Assembly (NCBI GenBank): GCA_049609625.1
Contig: JBMYYR010000004.1
Location: forward strand, 1 to 57,423
From: Flavobacteriales bacterium
Lineage (GTDB): Bacteria > Bacteroidota > Bacteroidia > Flavobacteriales > CAJXXR01
Reading direction: 5' to 3'
DNA length: 57,423 bases
Shown here: piece by piece, positions 27,341 to 37,811 of the stretch
How positions within the stretch are numbered: position 1 is the stretch's first letter
Layout of the letters: every line of letters starts with the position of its first letter
Notes under the pieces: generated by a model
The model's input: the letters and a program-made list of their open reading frames with translations, nothing else
Databases searched by the model: none
What the model was told of the DNA's origin: nothing
Program-made: the position numbers and the translations under genes

Positions 27341-28582
27341 CTAAAATCCATGTTCTGGCAAATTATTTACATGCCATTTTGCTCTTATTGTTCCTTTTTC
27401 TAAAAGCATAATACCTGGATTTGAACGAATTATAGTTTTGAGAGCGGTTTCGTCGGTATTATAAAAACTTGCCTTAAAACCACCTTTTGCCGACAAGGCT
27501 TCGGCTTGTTCTATACTTGAAGCCGTCAGGCCGATAATGGCATAATGTTTTTTGGTTGCCGAATCAACAATAGATTTTAGTTTCGACCACTCAGAGGGAC
27601 TAGTTTTGTCAATATTGTAGGACACAATAACCAAAACTTTATCCCATTGCAAGATGGTTTCGGTCTGGTCTACACCATCAATATCCGAAATTGAAAAATC
27701 GTGAATGGCTGGCAAATCGCCTTCCTGAATAATTTCGGCTTCCAAATCTGATCTGTATTTCCAATTCTTATCCTCCCAAGGTATCTCGCTCATTTGCACG
27801 CCTTTAATTTCTCCTGTCGTTAGGTTTTCGATGAACATGTGAGTGATGGTCGGCTTGGCGTTTTCAGGATAGTCCATGCCTTCCGTGATATTTTGTCCTA
27901 TTTTATATGGACGATAATCTCTTGCGGGCAGATTTTGAATGGTATAATAACAGAAAAAACCAGAAAATAACAGACCTAAAGCCAAAAGCCCAGCAGGCAA
28001 CAAATCTTTTGATTTGTTGATAAGTAAATAGCCAATTCCTATCAAAACTAAAGCAAAAAGTGCTGGAAACCACCAGTCGAAAATTAAAAATGTTAGTCCC
28101 GTAATTAATGTTATGGATAGAAAAGCCAACTGTTTTGTTAGTCTTAAATTGGAATAACTGCTATGTTTTTGAAGAAAAAATAAAGGTAAAATAAACAGAA
28201 GCAAGACCATATCTTTAATGAACGATTGCCAAGGTGTAAACTTTAGTGCATCGCCAAAACAACCACAATCGGTTACTTTATTGTAATAGGCACTGTAAAA
28301 GGTTAAAAATGAAAAGAATACAATAAAACCTAAAAGCGACCAAGCTGTTAATTTTCTGAATACACCAAAAATACAAGTTAGACCTAAAACAATTTCTACA
28401 ACACAGATAAAAACTGCAATGGTTAAACTAAAAGGCATAAAAACCTCAAGATCGAAGACGGCTGGCGAAAAGTACTCGTCAAGTTTATGTGCAAAACCTA
28501 CAGGATCATTGGCTTTAATGAGTCCCGAAAGGATAAAAATACTTCCAACAAGTAGGCGAGATAGGCTTAGGATAGGTTTCAT
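27341..28582 (-). CDS. DoxX/MauE-like polytopic membrane protein with a C-terminal thioredoxin-fold-like domain (BT_3928-like)
   Basis: N-terminus LLVGSIFILSGLIKANDP, a TDCGCFGD motif, about 6 TM segments and a soluble ~170-aa C-terminus. Confidence 0.6.
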   Translation of the reverse strand: MKPILSLSRLLVGSIFILSGLIKANDPVGFAHKLDEYFSPAVFDLEVFMPFSLTIAVFICVVEIVLGLTCIFGVFRKLTAWSLLGFIVFFSFLTFYSAYYNKVTDCGCFGDALKFTPWQSFIKDMVLLLFILPLFFLQKHSSYSNLRLTKQLAFLSITLITGLTFLIFDWWFPALFALVLIGIGYLLINKSKDLLPAGLLALGLLFSGFFCYYTIQNLPARDYRPYKIGQNITEGMDYPENAKPTITHMFIENLTTGEIKGVQMSEIPWEDKNWKYRSDLEAEIIQEGDLPAIHDFSISDIDGVDQTETILQWDKVLVIVSYNIDKTSPSEWSKLKSIVDSATKKHYAIIGLTASSIEQAEALSAKGGFKASFYNTDETALKTIIRSNPGIMLLEKGTIRAKWHVNNLPEHGF

Positions 28583-28583
28583 T

Positions 28584-29138
28584 TTAGTTGTTATTTAGTC
28601 GGATGAGGTAAAAAATGGCGTAGTTGAACATGTCTTGAAAATTAGCTTTAAGTCCTTCAGAAACAATGGTTTGACCATCGTTATCTTCAATTTGCTTAAC
28701 CCTCAATAATTTTTGGATAATCATATCGGTCAACGAACTCAAACGCATGGCGCGCCAGGCTTCTCCATAATCGTGATTTTTGTCCAACATCAGTTTTTCA
28801 ACCTCTTCTTTTTGTTTATTGTAATACAAACTTGCTTTTTCGATACTCAAATCAATGTCGTCTGTAAGGCCCAAATCGAGATTTATAATCGCCATCAACG
28901 AATAATTAGCAATCGCAATTAGCTCAGATTCAATACCTTCGTTCACTTTTTGCTCTTCTCCACATTCTAAAGTTCGGATGCGAGCAGCTTTAATATAAAT
29001 CTGATCGGTAAGCGAACTCGGACGCAAAACCCGCCAAGCACACGAATAATCTTTGAGTTTAGACTCAAACATCGTCTGACAAATCAAGGTTTGAGCTTGA
29101 TATTCCGAAAGAGTCTGTTCTATTTGTTTTGTTTTCAT
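28584..29138 (-). CDS. DUF1599-like protein
   Basis: Two copies of the repeat DY..AWR..R.SSLTD.I..K..R (CAWRVLRPSSLTDQIYIKAARI and EAWRAMRLSSLTDMIIQKLLRV). Confidence 0.65.
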   Translation of the reverse strand: MKTKQIEQTLSEYQAQTLICQTMFESKLKDYSCAWRVLRPSSLTDQIYIKAARIRTLECGEEQKVNEGIESELIAIANYSLMAIINLDLGLTDDIDLSIEKASLYYNKQKEEVEKLMLDKNHDYGEAWRAMRLSSLTDMIIQKLLRVKQIEDNDGQTIVSEGLKANFQDMFNYAIFYLIRLNNN

Positions 29139-29174
29139 GGATTTGTCTGAGAAAAACCAAAGATAATAAAAAAT

Positions 29175-29942
29175 CTAAAGTCGAGTCTGGAGATAAAGTC
29201 TGGTGATTACTTTTTTGGTATGTAGCGGAAAATCAGACTTTTGAATCCAGCCATAATAACCTGAATCTTTCTTTAAAACGTCGATAACTGGCTGATTTTT
29301 ATACTTTCCGAAGTTGAAACAAGCTTCTTTATTTGAATTTTGAACAATCATACCAGCAAAGTCAACATTTTTTCGATGGCCTTTGGTGTATTTTGCCAAG
29401 AAATCCATGTCGTTTTTTAGGTCGTCGTAACGTTCAATTTGTGCACTCAAAATTTCGGCAGTTGCTCTTGTATCAGCTTCGGCACCATGTGCGCCCTTCA
29501 AGTCTTTTTGACAATAATAAGCGTAAGCTGCCGTCAGTGTTCTGGGTTCTTTCATAAAGAAAATCGATTGCACATCAATCATTTTTTTAGCTTCCCAATC
29601 CACTTCTATATCCGCTCGGTAGAACTCCTCGGCCAACAGTGGCACATCAAATCTATTGGAATTATAACCCGCTAAATCAGCATCTTGAATCCAATTTTTG
29701 ATTTCATGGGCAATGTCGTTGAACGTAGGTTCGTTTTTCACCATGTCATCTGTAATACCGTGAATGGCGGCACTACTTTCTGGAATGGCTTGCTGTGGAT
29801 TTACTCGCCAAGTTTTGATCTTTTCTTCTCCAGACACATTGATTCTTAAAATACAAATTTCAACAATTCGGTCTTTAGTTATTTGAGTACCAGTTGTTTC
29901 TAAATCGAAAAAAACAAGTGGTCGTTTGAGTATAAAAGTCAT
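29175..29942 (-). CDS. DEDDh-type 3'-5' exonuclease (DnaQ/epsilon-like)
   Basis: Exo motifs FFDLETTG, AGYNSNRFDVPLL and HGAEADT. Confidence 0.8.
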   Translation of the reverse strand: MTFILKRPLVFFDLETTGTQITKDRIVEICILRINVSGEEKIKTWRVNPQQAIPESSAAIHGITDDMVKNEPTFNDIAHEIKNWIQDADLAGYNSNRFDVPLLAEEFYRADIEVDWEAKKMIDVQSIFFMKEPRTLTAAYAYYCQKDLKGAHGAEADTRATAEILSAQIERYDDLKNDMDFLAKYTKGHRKNVDFAGMIVQNSNKEACFNFGKYKNQPVIDVLKKDSGYYGWIQKSDFPLHTKKVITRLYLQTRL

Positions 29943-29947
29943 AGATT

Positions 29948-30493
29948 TTACTGAGATGATTTACTGAAAAAGCTGAAATGTACTTTTCCATATTTTCTTT
30001 CTTGTTCAAAAAAGAGATGCGAATCGAAACTTGTTTGTTTTGGATGTTCGATAATAACTAAAGCTTCTGGATTGAGTTGATCAGATTCTAAAATAGCATC
30101 AACCAAGGTGTTATAATTTTCAAAATCATAAGGCGGATCGGCAAAAATTAAATCAAAGCTTTGGTTCGATTTTTCTAAAAATTCAAACATATCGGACTGA
30201 ACGACCTGTAAAACCGCATTCAAATCTAAGTCCTCCGCTGTCGATTTAATAAACTTCACACAATTCGGATCTCTATCCACAGCTACAATGTGTTCAGAGC
30301 CTCGAGAAGCAAATTCGTAAGCAATATTTCCTGTTCCGGAACATAAATCGAGCACCTTCAAATCCTCAAAATAATATTGATTATCTAAAATGTTGAACAA
30401 AGCTTCTTTTGCCATGTCGGTCGTTGGACGAACAGGCAAATTCTTTGGTGCTTTCAGTCGTTTTCGGCTTAAACTCCCTCTAATAATTCTCAT
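29948..30493 (-). CDS. rsmD: 16S rRNA (guanine966-N2)-methyltransferase
   Basis: RPTTDMAKEALFNIL, SAM site DLCSGTGNI and catalytic FADPPY. Confidence 0.85.
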   Translation of the reverse strand: MRIIRGSLSRKRLKAPKNLPVRPTTDMAKEALFNILDNQYYFEDLKVLDLCSGTGNIAYEFASRGSEHIVAVDRDPNCVKFIKSTAEDLDLNAVLQVVQSDMFEFLEKSNQSFDLIFADPPYDFENYNTLVDAILESDQLNPEALVIIEHPKQTSFDSHLFFEQERKYGKVHFSFFSKSSQ

Positions 30494-30542
30494 AAAATAA
30501 GTTTATAACATTCTTATTTTCAATTTATTAACTATTGAATCT

Positions 30543-30574
30543 AAAAAAACCCTTTTCAAATCGAAAAGGGTTTT
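30543..30574 (-). terminator. Rho-independent terminator after the thioredoxin-like gene
   Basis: Stem cccttttc / gaaaaggg with an A7 run on the plus strand (T7 on minus). Confidence 0.7.
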
Positions 30575-30593
30575 AGAGTCTTGTTTCTAAATC

Positions 30594-31151
30594 TTAAAGT
30601 TGTGCCACTTGTTTGATGTGAGTAACATATTGCGCTGGCGTCATGTTTTTGTAACCAGTTCGTCCAATCATATTGGTTTTGTGGTCCATAATTACAACTG
30701 ATGGATAGCCCGAAACTTGGAACTTTCTTGATAATTCTACCATTTCTGGTGTGATTTTAGAACGATCTCTACGTGGGAAATCAAGCTCTAACATAATGAA
30801 ATTATCATTTGCAAATTTGGCAAACTCATCTTTCACAAACACTTGTGCAACCAATTTTTTACACCAGCCACACCATTGTTTTCCTGTAAAAAATGTAAAT
30901 ACAGGTTTGTTCAGTTTTTTAGACAATTTCAACGCTTGGTTTACATCCGTAACCCAAACAATGCCATTAGTTACTTCGTCAGCATGAGCCGAATGGTCAT
31001 GATTATGACCGTCGTGATTGTGTCCGGCATGCGGATCTACAGTTTCTACTTTTGGTTTTACTGGTGGTTCAATTTTTTTCACGTCTTTTTCGCCGCAAGA
31101 CATCATTAAAGCAAGGGCTATAGTACTTAGTGTTGTTGTAATCATTTTCAT
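30594..31151 (-). CDS. Thioredoxin-fold lipoprotein with a histidine-rich N-terminal segment
   Basis: Lipobox LMMSCG, His-rich DPHAGHNHDGHNHDHSAH and redox motif WCGWC. Confidence 0.7.
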   Translation of the reverse strand: MKMITTTLSTIALALMMSCGEKDVKKIEPPVKPKVETVDPHAGHNHDGHNHDHSAHADEVTNGIVWVTDVNQALKLSKKLNKPVFTFFTGKQWCGWCKKLVAQVFVKDEFAKFANDNFIMLELDFPRRDRSKITPEMVELSRKFQVSGYPSVVIMDHKTNMIGRTGYKNMTPAQYVTHIKQVAQL

Positions 31152-31241
31152 GTTTTAAATGGTTTTTTCAAAAGTACGCATTTGAGGTCTTGAGCGGTTT
31201 TTCAAAGCCTATAATTTAACAAACTTTAGAGTTTATCGGCA

Positions 31242-31763
31242 TTAAATGCGTTTCATTTGCTGTTTAAACATCCGAATTTGCTCAGCTAGCATCTTTTTCT
31301 CATCCAATTTTTTAGCTTGAGCTAAAAGGCGTTGAGCTTCCACTTTTTTACGTTTACTCATCGCTACTCCAGCTAAACTCAAAAGCAACATCGCTTTGTC
31401 TTGGTTAGATTTTAAACCAATACTTTGCGCTTTTTTAAAGTGCTTTTCGGCAACGTTTAAATTGTGTTGAGACGCCATATTTCCTTTCAGAAAATAATAA
31501 TAGGCATGTTGTTTTTTAACTAATTTTTCGGGGTGTGTTATTTTATTGAGATGCTGTTCGGCTTTTGCCAAATTATTTTTTCTCATTTCTAATAAACATC
31601 TGATAATGTTTTCATTAAAAAACAAAAGCAGAACAGGAATCGCGGTTAACAACAACAGAAAAATTCCATTTCCGATATTTCCTTCGCTAAATTGCCAAAC
31701 CATCAATCCTAAAAGAATCAAGGCCAAGGCTATTTTTATTTCGCGGTTATATTTTCCGTACAT
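31242..31763 (-). CDS. Membrane-anchored hypothetical protein (TPR-like helical C-terminus)
   Basis: Two N-terminal TM helices followed by a helical, Lys-rich region. No family recognised. Confidence 0.45.
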   Translation of the reverse strand: MYGKYNREIKIALALILLGLMVWQFSEGNIGNGIFLLLLTAIPVLLLFFNENIIRCLLEMRKNNLAKAEQHLNKITHPEKLVKKQHAYYYFLKGNMASQHNLNVAEKHFKKAQSIGLKSNQDKAMLLLSLAGVAMSKRKKVEAQRLLAQAKKLDEKKMLAEQIRMFKQQMKRI

Positions 31764-31785
31764 AAAAGGTCGTTTTGGTCAGGAA

Positions 31786-33090
31786 TTAGACTTGTCTGGT
31801 TTTGTCAAATTGCTCTAAATAATCAGCTACACGTCTCAAAAACATGCCGCCCAAACTTCCATCAACCACACGGTGGTCATAGGATAGCGATAAGAACATT
31901 TTCTGGCGAATGGCAATCACATCGCCTTCTGGAGTTTCAATCACTGCTGGTTTTTTCTGGATAGAACCAACGGCCAAAATTGCAACCTGAGGTTGGTTTA
32001 TAATAGGTGTTCCCATCACATTTCCGAAACCTCCAACATTAGTCAAGGTAAACGTTCCACCTTGAATATCGTCTGGACTAAGTTTATTTGCACGTGCTTT
32101 TTGAGCCAAACCATTAACGGCTTTCGTGATGCCCAAAAGGCTTTTCTCGTCAGCTTGTTTGATGACCGGAACAATCAAATTCCCTGATGGCAAGGCCGTT
32201 GCCATTCCAATATTAATGTCGTTGTGTTTGATGATTTGATGACCATTTACCGATACATTTATCATCGGGAAATCTTTAATGGCTTTCACCACAGCCTCAA
32301 TAAACAAAGGTGTAAAGGTAATGTTTTGCCCTTCGCGTTGTTTGAAATCAGCTTTTACCGAATTTCTCCAATTCACCATATTAGTTACGTCGGCTTCCAC
32401 AAAAGAAGTAACGTGTGGCGAAACATGTTTCGACATCACCATGTGGTCTGCAATGAGTTTTCTCATCCGATCCATTTCGATGATTTCGTCGTTTGCTCCC
32501 GCACTTACTTTTGGCGCTTCAATTGGTTTTGATGCCGCAGCTGGAGCTGATGTTTTAGCTGGTGCCGACTTAGCCGGTGATGCTTTTGGCGTAGAACTTC
32601 TTTGGTCCAAAAAGCTTAAAATATCGTGCTTTGTAATGCGCTCATTCATACCCGAACCTGCAATGGATTCAAGCTCTTGGGCGCTAATATTTTCTTTAGC
32701 TACAATGCTTTTCACTAAAGGTGAAAGAAATTTATCTGTTTCTATTTTTGAATCCGAACTCACTGATACAGAAACAGCTACTTCTTCAATTTTTTCTTCA
32801 ATACCTTCTGAAACACTTTCTGTTTCAACTGAATCTCCACTGTCTTCGCCTTCGGTTTCAATAATGGCAATGGCCTGCCCTACTTCTACCACATCATCAA
32901 CATTGAATAGGGTTTTAACTAAAATTCCACTGACAGGCGATGGCACTTCTGAATCGACTTTGTCGGTCGCAATTTCCAGAACCGTTTCATCCATTTCTAT
33001 CATATCGCCCTCTGCTTTCAACCAGTTTGTGATTGTCGCTTCGGCAACACTTTCACCCATTTTGGGCATTATTAATTCAACTTTAGCCAT
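31786..33090 (-). CDS. 2-oxo acid dehydrogenase E2 component (dihydrolipoamide acyltransferase)
   Basis: Lipoyl attachment site LEIATDKVDSEV, Ala/Pro-rich linker and catalytic SYDHRVVDG. I chose the start at MAKVELIMPKMGESV; the track ORF starts 30 nt upstream. Confidence 0.9.
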   Translation of the reverse strand: MAKVELIMPKMGESVAEATITNWLKAEGDMIEMDETVLEIATDKVDSEVPSPVSGILVKTLFNVDDVVEVGQAIAIIETEGEDSGDSVETESVSEGIEEKIEEVAVSVSVSSDSKIETDKFLSPLVKSIVAKENISAQELESIAGSGMNERITKHDILSFLDQRSSTPKASPAKSAPAKTSAPAAASKPIEAPKVSAGANDEIIEMDRMRKLIADHMVMSKHVSPHVTSFVEADVTNMVNWRNSVKADFKQREGQNITFTPLFIEAVVKAIKDFPMINVSVNGHQIIKHNDINIGMATALPSGNLIVPVIKQADEKSLLGITKAVNGLAQKARANKLSPDDIQGGTFTLTNVGGFGNVMGTPIINQPQVAILAVGSIQKKPAVIETPEGDVIAIRQKMFLSLSYDHRVVDGSLGGMFLRRVADYLEQFDKTRQV

Positions 33091-33470
33091 TTGCTTTTTG
33101 ATGTTTTTTTTCAAACGCAAAAGTAGAGTTTTTTAGCTAAAATAAAGCCTTTTTACTGATTTTTTTGAGCAGCATAACAGAGAGGTTCTCTTAAAAGTCT
33201 TTTACACCAAATGGTCTGATTTATGGACTTAAAGTAATGTACACAAAACCTATTTTTAGTTCAGGTATTTTTAGCTAAAGTGTTAATTTACCTAGCTTTT
33301 TTTCAAAAACAATCATCTGAAAATCAATCAATTAAACAACAAAATAATAAATTTCACTCATTACAAAATCATGTTATCTGTGATGTTTTAGAGTTGAAAC
33401 CTCTCGGGAATTAAATATAAAGTTGTAGTTTAGCCCTTTAAAATTTATCTAAAACTTACGACTCCACACT

Positions 33471-33899
33471 ATGAAATTTAAAGGTATTTTATTCACTCTT
33501 TTTATTAGTTTTTTGTTTTCAATTCAGGCTTTTGCTCAGGATTCTAACCCACGGCTAAAAGGTTTGGTGGAGCACTACAAAGCATTAAAATTAAAATCTA
33601 ACACGATTGAAGTTTACCGAATTCAGGTATTTTCGGGCTCTCGAGGAGGCGGAAACTCCATATTAGGAAGTGTCAGAGCAGAATTTCCTGAATTGATTTC
33701 AGAATTAACCTACGACCAACCAAATTTTAAAGTTAAACTTGGGGCGTTTAGAACTCGAGCTCAAGCTCAAAAATTTATCCAAAACTTAGGAAGAAAATAC
33801 AGTCAATTTATCTTGAAAGAAAGCATGGATTACGACAACTTTATTCGCCCTATAGTAGTTCCAGAAACGGAAGAAGATGTTTATGATGATATGGAATAA
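33471..33899 (+). CDS. SPOR-domain protein
   Basis: Signal peptide FSIQAFAQ. YRIQVFSGS...FKVKLGAFRTRAQAQKF fits the SPOR repeat pattern. Confidence 0.6.
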   Translation: MKFKGILFTLFISFLFSIQAFAQDSNPRLKGLVEHYKALKLKSNTIEVYRIQVFSGSRGGGNSILGSVRAEFPELISELTYDQPNFKVKLGAFRTRAQAQKFIQNLGRKYSQFILKESMDYDNFIRPIVVPETEEDVYDDME

Positions 33900-34052
33900 A
33901 ACATACTAATACGCTTGTATTCACTCGTTTAACTTTTATTTTACACTTTTTCATTCAATACGAGTTATCTTTACAAAAGTAAAAAGAGCAGCTATGATTG
34001 ACCTCGCTCTTTCTACATAAAACCTAAACAAAAACTCCAAAATCACTTTTCT

Positions 34053-35666
34053 TTAAAGTCGTTTTTTAACCGCTTTAAGTTGTAATAAATTCATCGGATT
34101 GGAAGAAAATCCTTGAATTTTTGGACTACAAAACAAATACACCTCATCATAATATAAAGGAATCACGGGAGATTGTGCCATCATCAAGGCTTGTTGATTT
34201 CGGTAGCCTTCGATGCGTTGAGTTAGAAATGGTTTTTGCCTCGAGTTTTCATAAGATTCATCAAACTCAGTAGAGCTGAAATGCGTGTAATTTGGTCCGT
34301 TTGGCGCAAAGTTTTTGCTATAAAACAAAGAAAGGTAATTTTCGGCATCAGGATAATCGGCAATCCAACTGGCTCTAAAAAAATAAACTTGTTGTTTAGA
34401 AATCAATTGCCGAAGTGTAGCCGAAGGATGTACCACAACTTTCAAGTCCACTCCTATTCTATTGACCTGATTCTGAATATATTCACATAAATCTAGATAA
34501 GATGAATTGGTATGTAATTTAACTTTTGGACTTCCTTTTTTGACATATCCAGAACGTTCTAAATAGAATTTCGCCGAATCGACATTGTAATCAAAATAGC
34601 TGGTTTCAGCTTCAAAAGCTTGTAATCCTTTCGGAATAAAGCCATTTGTTCCTGCTGTTCCGATGTCATTTCTGATGTTTTTCATCATCAATTCCCGATC
34701 AAAAGCAAAATGAATCGCTTTTCTAAAGTCAGAATTGTTATAGGGAAATGGCGATTCATCAACTAAAAACGCCAAATATTCGGTGTTTAGATAATCTTGT
34801 TTGAGTAAATTTACTTCGTCTTGGTAAGCTGGTTTGAGTTGACCTGATTTATCCAAAATTTCATCTTTGTAACTGGCATCAATACCCGAAATAAAATCTA
34901 AATTCCCTTTTATAAATTCTAAAAAAGCGGTTTGTTTATCGGGCAAAAATTGAATGGCAATAGACTCTAAATAAGGTAGTTGCACACCTAAACTGTCTTT
35001 TTCAAAATAGATTGGATTCCGTCTTAAAACCAATTTAACCTGATCTTCCCAAAACTTAAAATAAAATGGTCCCGAACCAATTGGTTGTTCAAAATAAACG
35101 GCCTCGCCCAAGTCTTCGAACGCAGATTTACACAAAATAGAAGCATAAGGCATCGTCAGAAGTGATAAAAAAGACGGATTTGGAGCTTTGAGTTCGATTT
35201 GAAAACGGAAAGTATCGATCATTTTTAGTCCATCGGGTTTTACCGAAGCTAATATCCATGAGCCTGGCGCGGCTAAGGTTTTTGAACGTAAGCGTTCGAG
35301 AGAAAATAAAACATCCTCAGCTGTTAATTTGATAGATTCTTGATTATCAGATAAATAGAAATTCACATCCGATCGAATATCAAAAGTATAAATGGTGGCT
35401 GTGGAATCAATGTTCCAGTTTTTAGCTATTGAATGCTGAATATTCAAATCAGAATCGAGCTCCAAAAGCGTGTTATACAATTGTTTGCAAGGCCAAATAT
35501 GCGCCTGATTTTTGGCAAATGCTGGATCTAAGGTTTTGATGTCGCTGGATTCATTATATCGAAACACATCCTTGTCCGAAAATTGATGTTTTTGCTTGGT
35601 TTGGCAACACAACAGAAAAAAAAGTAGGCAAAAGGATAGTAATTTTGGAAACAAGAAGGAAGGCAT
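34053..35666 (-). CDS. ABC transporter substrate-binding protein (family 5, peptide/nickel type)
   Basis: Lipoprotein-like N-terminus FFLLCCQ plus the size and motif pattern of SBP_bac_5 (LDPAFAKNQ, GSGPFYF, WIADYPDAENYL). Confidence 0.75.
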   Translation of the reverse strand: MPSFLFPKLLSFCLLFFLLCCQTKQKHQFSDKDVFRYNESSDIKTLDPAFAKNQAHIWPCKQLYNTLLELDSDLNIQHSIAKNWNIDSTATIYTFDIRSDVNFYLSDNQESIKLTAEDVLFSLERLRSKTLAAPGSWILASVKPDGLKMIDTFRFQIELKAPNPSFLSLLTMPYASILCKSAFEDLGEAVYFEQPIGSGPFYFKFWEDQVKLVLRRNPIYFEKDSLGVQLPYLESIAIQFLPDKQTAFLEFIKGNLDFISGIDASYKDEILDKSGQLKPAYQDEVNLLKQDYLNTEYLAFLVDESPFPYNNSDFRKAIHFAFDRELMMKNIRNDIGTAGTNGFIPKGLQAFEAETSYFDYNVDSAKFYLERSGYVKKGSPKVKLHTNSSYLDLCEYIQNQVNRIGVDLKVVVHPSATLRQLISKQQVYFFRASWIADYPDAENYLSLFYSKNFAPNGPNYTHFSSTEFDESYENSRQKPFLTQRIEGYRNQQALMMAQSPVIPLYYDEVYLFCSPKIQGFSSNPMNLLQLKAVKKRL

Positions 35667-35783
35667 AAAAAAAATGGTCTAAATTTGCACAGCTAAATAC
35701 GTCAAAATTTTTAAGTTAGCTGATAAAATCAGTTCAAAAATTTAAGATTTTGAAATCAATTTTAAAACGACTATTACAGTAGC

Positions 35784-37124
35784 ATGTCTTCTTCAATACC
35801 TCAACATACAGGTCGGGTTGCTTTTCATACCATGGGTTGCAAGCTGAACTTTTCTGAAACCTCAACCATCGCCAGACGTTGCCAAAAGGAAGGCTTTAGT
35901 CGGGTCGATTTTTCTGAATCTGCCGATATTTACGTCATCAATACCTGTTCGGTAACCGAAAATGCCGACAAAGAATGCCGACGGTTGGTAAGAAAAAAAC
36001 AAGAGCAAAATCCTGAGGCTATTGTTGCTATCATTGGTTGTTATGCACAACTAAAACCAGAAGAAATAGCTGATTTACAAGGTGTTGATTTAGTTTTAGG
36101 CGCCAGCGAAAAATTCAAATTGCCCTTTTATCTCAACGATTTATTAAACAAATCCGATGATAAATCGACCGTTCACGCTTGCCACATCGAAGAAGCCAAT
36201 CAGTTTGAATCCGCCTATTCTATTGGCGACCGAACCCGTGCTTTTTTGAAAGTTCAGGATGGTTGCGATTATAAATGTACCTATTGTACGATTCCGCAAG
36301 CTCGTGGAATTAGTCGATCGGATGAGCTAAATCAAGTCCTCAAAAATGCCAAAGAAATTGCCGAACAAGAAGTCAAAGAAATTGTTTTGACTGGCGTTAA
36401 TATTGGCGATTATGGAAAAGGTGAATTTGGAAATAAACGCCATGAACACACGTTTTTAGAGCTTGTTCAAGCTTTAGATTCGGTTGAAGGCATCAATCGG
36501 ATTCGGATTTCGTCTATTGAACCAAACTTGTTGAAAAATGAAACGATTGATTTTGTAAGTCAGTCCAAACGCTTTGTGCCGCATTTTCATATTCCGCTCC
36601 AAAGTGGTTCTGATGAACTCTTGAAATCTATGAAAAGGCGCTATAATACAAGGCTTTACAGCGATAGAATTGAACGCATTAAAACACAAATGCCTCAATC
36701 TTGCATTGGCGTGGACGTTATTGTCGGTTATCCTGGCGAAACTGAAGCTTTATTTTTGGAGACTTATAACTATCTTTCAGCTTTAGATATTTCTTATCTT
36801 CATGTCTTTTCTTACTCACAAAGAGCTAATACTGAGGCAGATGTTATGGAAAATCAAATTCCGAAAGCGCTTAAAAATAAACGCTCAAAAATGATGAGGA
36901 TTCTTTCAGCTAAAAAACGTCGAGCGTTTTATGAAAGTCAATTAAATTCGAAACATCCAGTGCTTTTTGAACACGACAATCACGATGGATTTATCTACGG
37001 ATTTACTGATAATTATGTGAAAGTCAAGATGGATTATGATCCTGGATTTCGAAATCAGGTCTTGAAGGTCGAACTTCTTTCTATTGATGATGAAGATGGT
37101 TTGGTGCACGCCAAACTGGTTTAA
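35784..37124 (+). CDS. mtaB: tRNA (t6A37) methylthiotransferase MtaB
   Basis: N-terminal MTTase Cys residues (HTMGCKLN, NTCSVT), radical-SAM motif CDYKCTYC and a TRAM-like C-terminus. Confidence 0.85.
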   Translation: MSSSIPQHTGRVAFHTMGCKLNFSETSTIARRCQKEGFSRVDFSESADIYVINTCSVTENADKECRRLVRKKQEQNPEAIVAIIGCYAQLKPEEIADLQGVDLVLGASEKFKLPFYLNDLLNKSDDKSTVHACHIEEANQFESAYSIGDRTRAFLKVQDGCDYKCTYCTIPQARGISRSDELNQVLKNAKEIAEQEVKEIVLTGVNIGDYGKGEFGNKRHEHTFLELVQALDSVEGINRIRISSIEPNLLKNETIDFVSQSKRFVPHFHIPLQSGSDELLKSMKRRYNTRLYSDRIERIKTQMPQSCIGVDVIVGYPGETEALFLETYNYLSALDISYLHVFSYSQRANTEADVMENQIPKALKNKRSKMMRILSAKKRRAFYESQLNSKHPVLFEHDNHDGFIYGFTDNYVKVKMDYDPGFRNQVLKVELLSIDDEDGLVHAKLV

Positions 37125-37151
37125 GCCAAATTAAAACTCTACTTTTGTCGG

Positions 37152-37772
37152 ATGAATTTTTCATCTAAAATCCTTGAAGAAGCTGTTGAACAGCTTTCTA
37201 TTTTACCTGGCGTTGGCAAACGTTCTGCCTTTCGGATGGCTTTGTTTTTTCTGAAAAAGAAACCCGAAACAGCTGCCCGATTTGTGAAAGCCATCGAAAC
37301 CCTAAAGCGCGAGCTCAAAACCTGTTCAACCTGTTTCAATATTGCCGACCAGAGCCCCTGTCAGATTTGTAAATCGCCAACCCGAAACAAAAAAACACTC
37401 TGCGTGGTGGAAGATATTAATGATGTGATGGCGATTGAAAATACCGAACAATATAAAGGTGTTTATCACGTTTTGGGTGGAGTGATCTCGCCAATGGATG
37501 GTGTTGGCCCCATGGATTTGAATATTGAAGAATTAATTCAACGAATTGAAAATCAGGAAATTGAAGAACTTATTTTAGCTCTAAACCCAACGCAAGAAGG
37601 CGACACAACACAATTTTATTTGTACAAACGATTAGAACAAGTACAGCTAAAAATTTCGACTTTAGCTAGAGGCGTTGCCTTTGGCGAACAACTCGAATAT
37701 GCCGACGAAATGACCTTAGGCCGTTCGATTCACCAGCGTTTGCTTTACGAAGAAACCGTCAAAAAGCATTAA
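37152..37772 (+). CDS. recR: Recombination protein RecR
   Basis: HhH motif LPGVGKRSAFRMA, zinc finger CSTCFN...CQIC and Toprim segment LCVVEDINDVMAIE. Confidence 0.9.
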   Translation: MNFSSKILEEAVEQLSILPGVGKRSAFRMALFFLKKKPETAARFVKAIETLKRELKTCSTCFNIADQSPCQICKSPTRNKKTLCVVEDINDVMAIENTEQYKGVYHVLGGVISPMDGVGPMDLNIEELIQRIENQEIEELILALNPTQEGDTTQFYLYKRLEQVQLKISTLARGVAFGEQLEYADEMTLGRSIHQRLLYEETVKKH

Positions 37773-37811
37773 AAATAATATTAGAACAAACACTAAAAAA
37801 ACAAGAAGCCT

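Noticed and set aside
32279-33136. A 285-aa ORF on the plus strand, the longest unexplained ORF in the track
   Set aside because: It lies entirely antisense to the well-supported E2 acyltransferase gene. Its Ser/Thr/Ala-rich low-complexity translation has no motifs, which is typical of a shadow ORF opposite a real gene.
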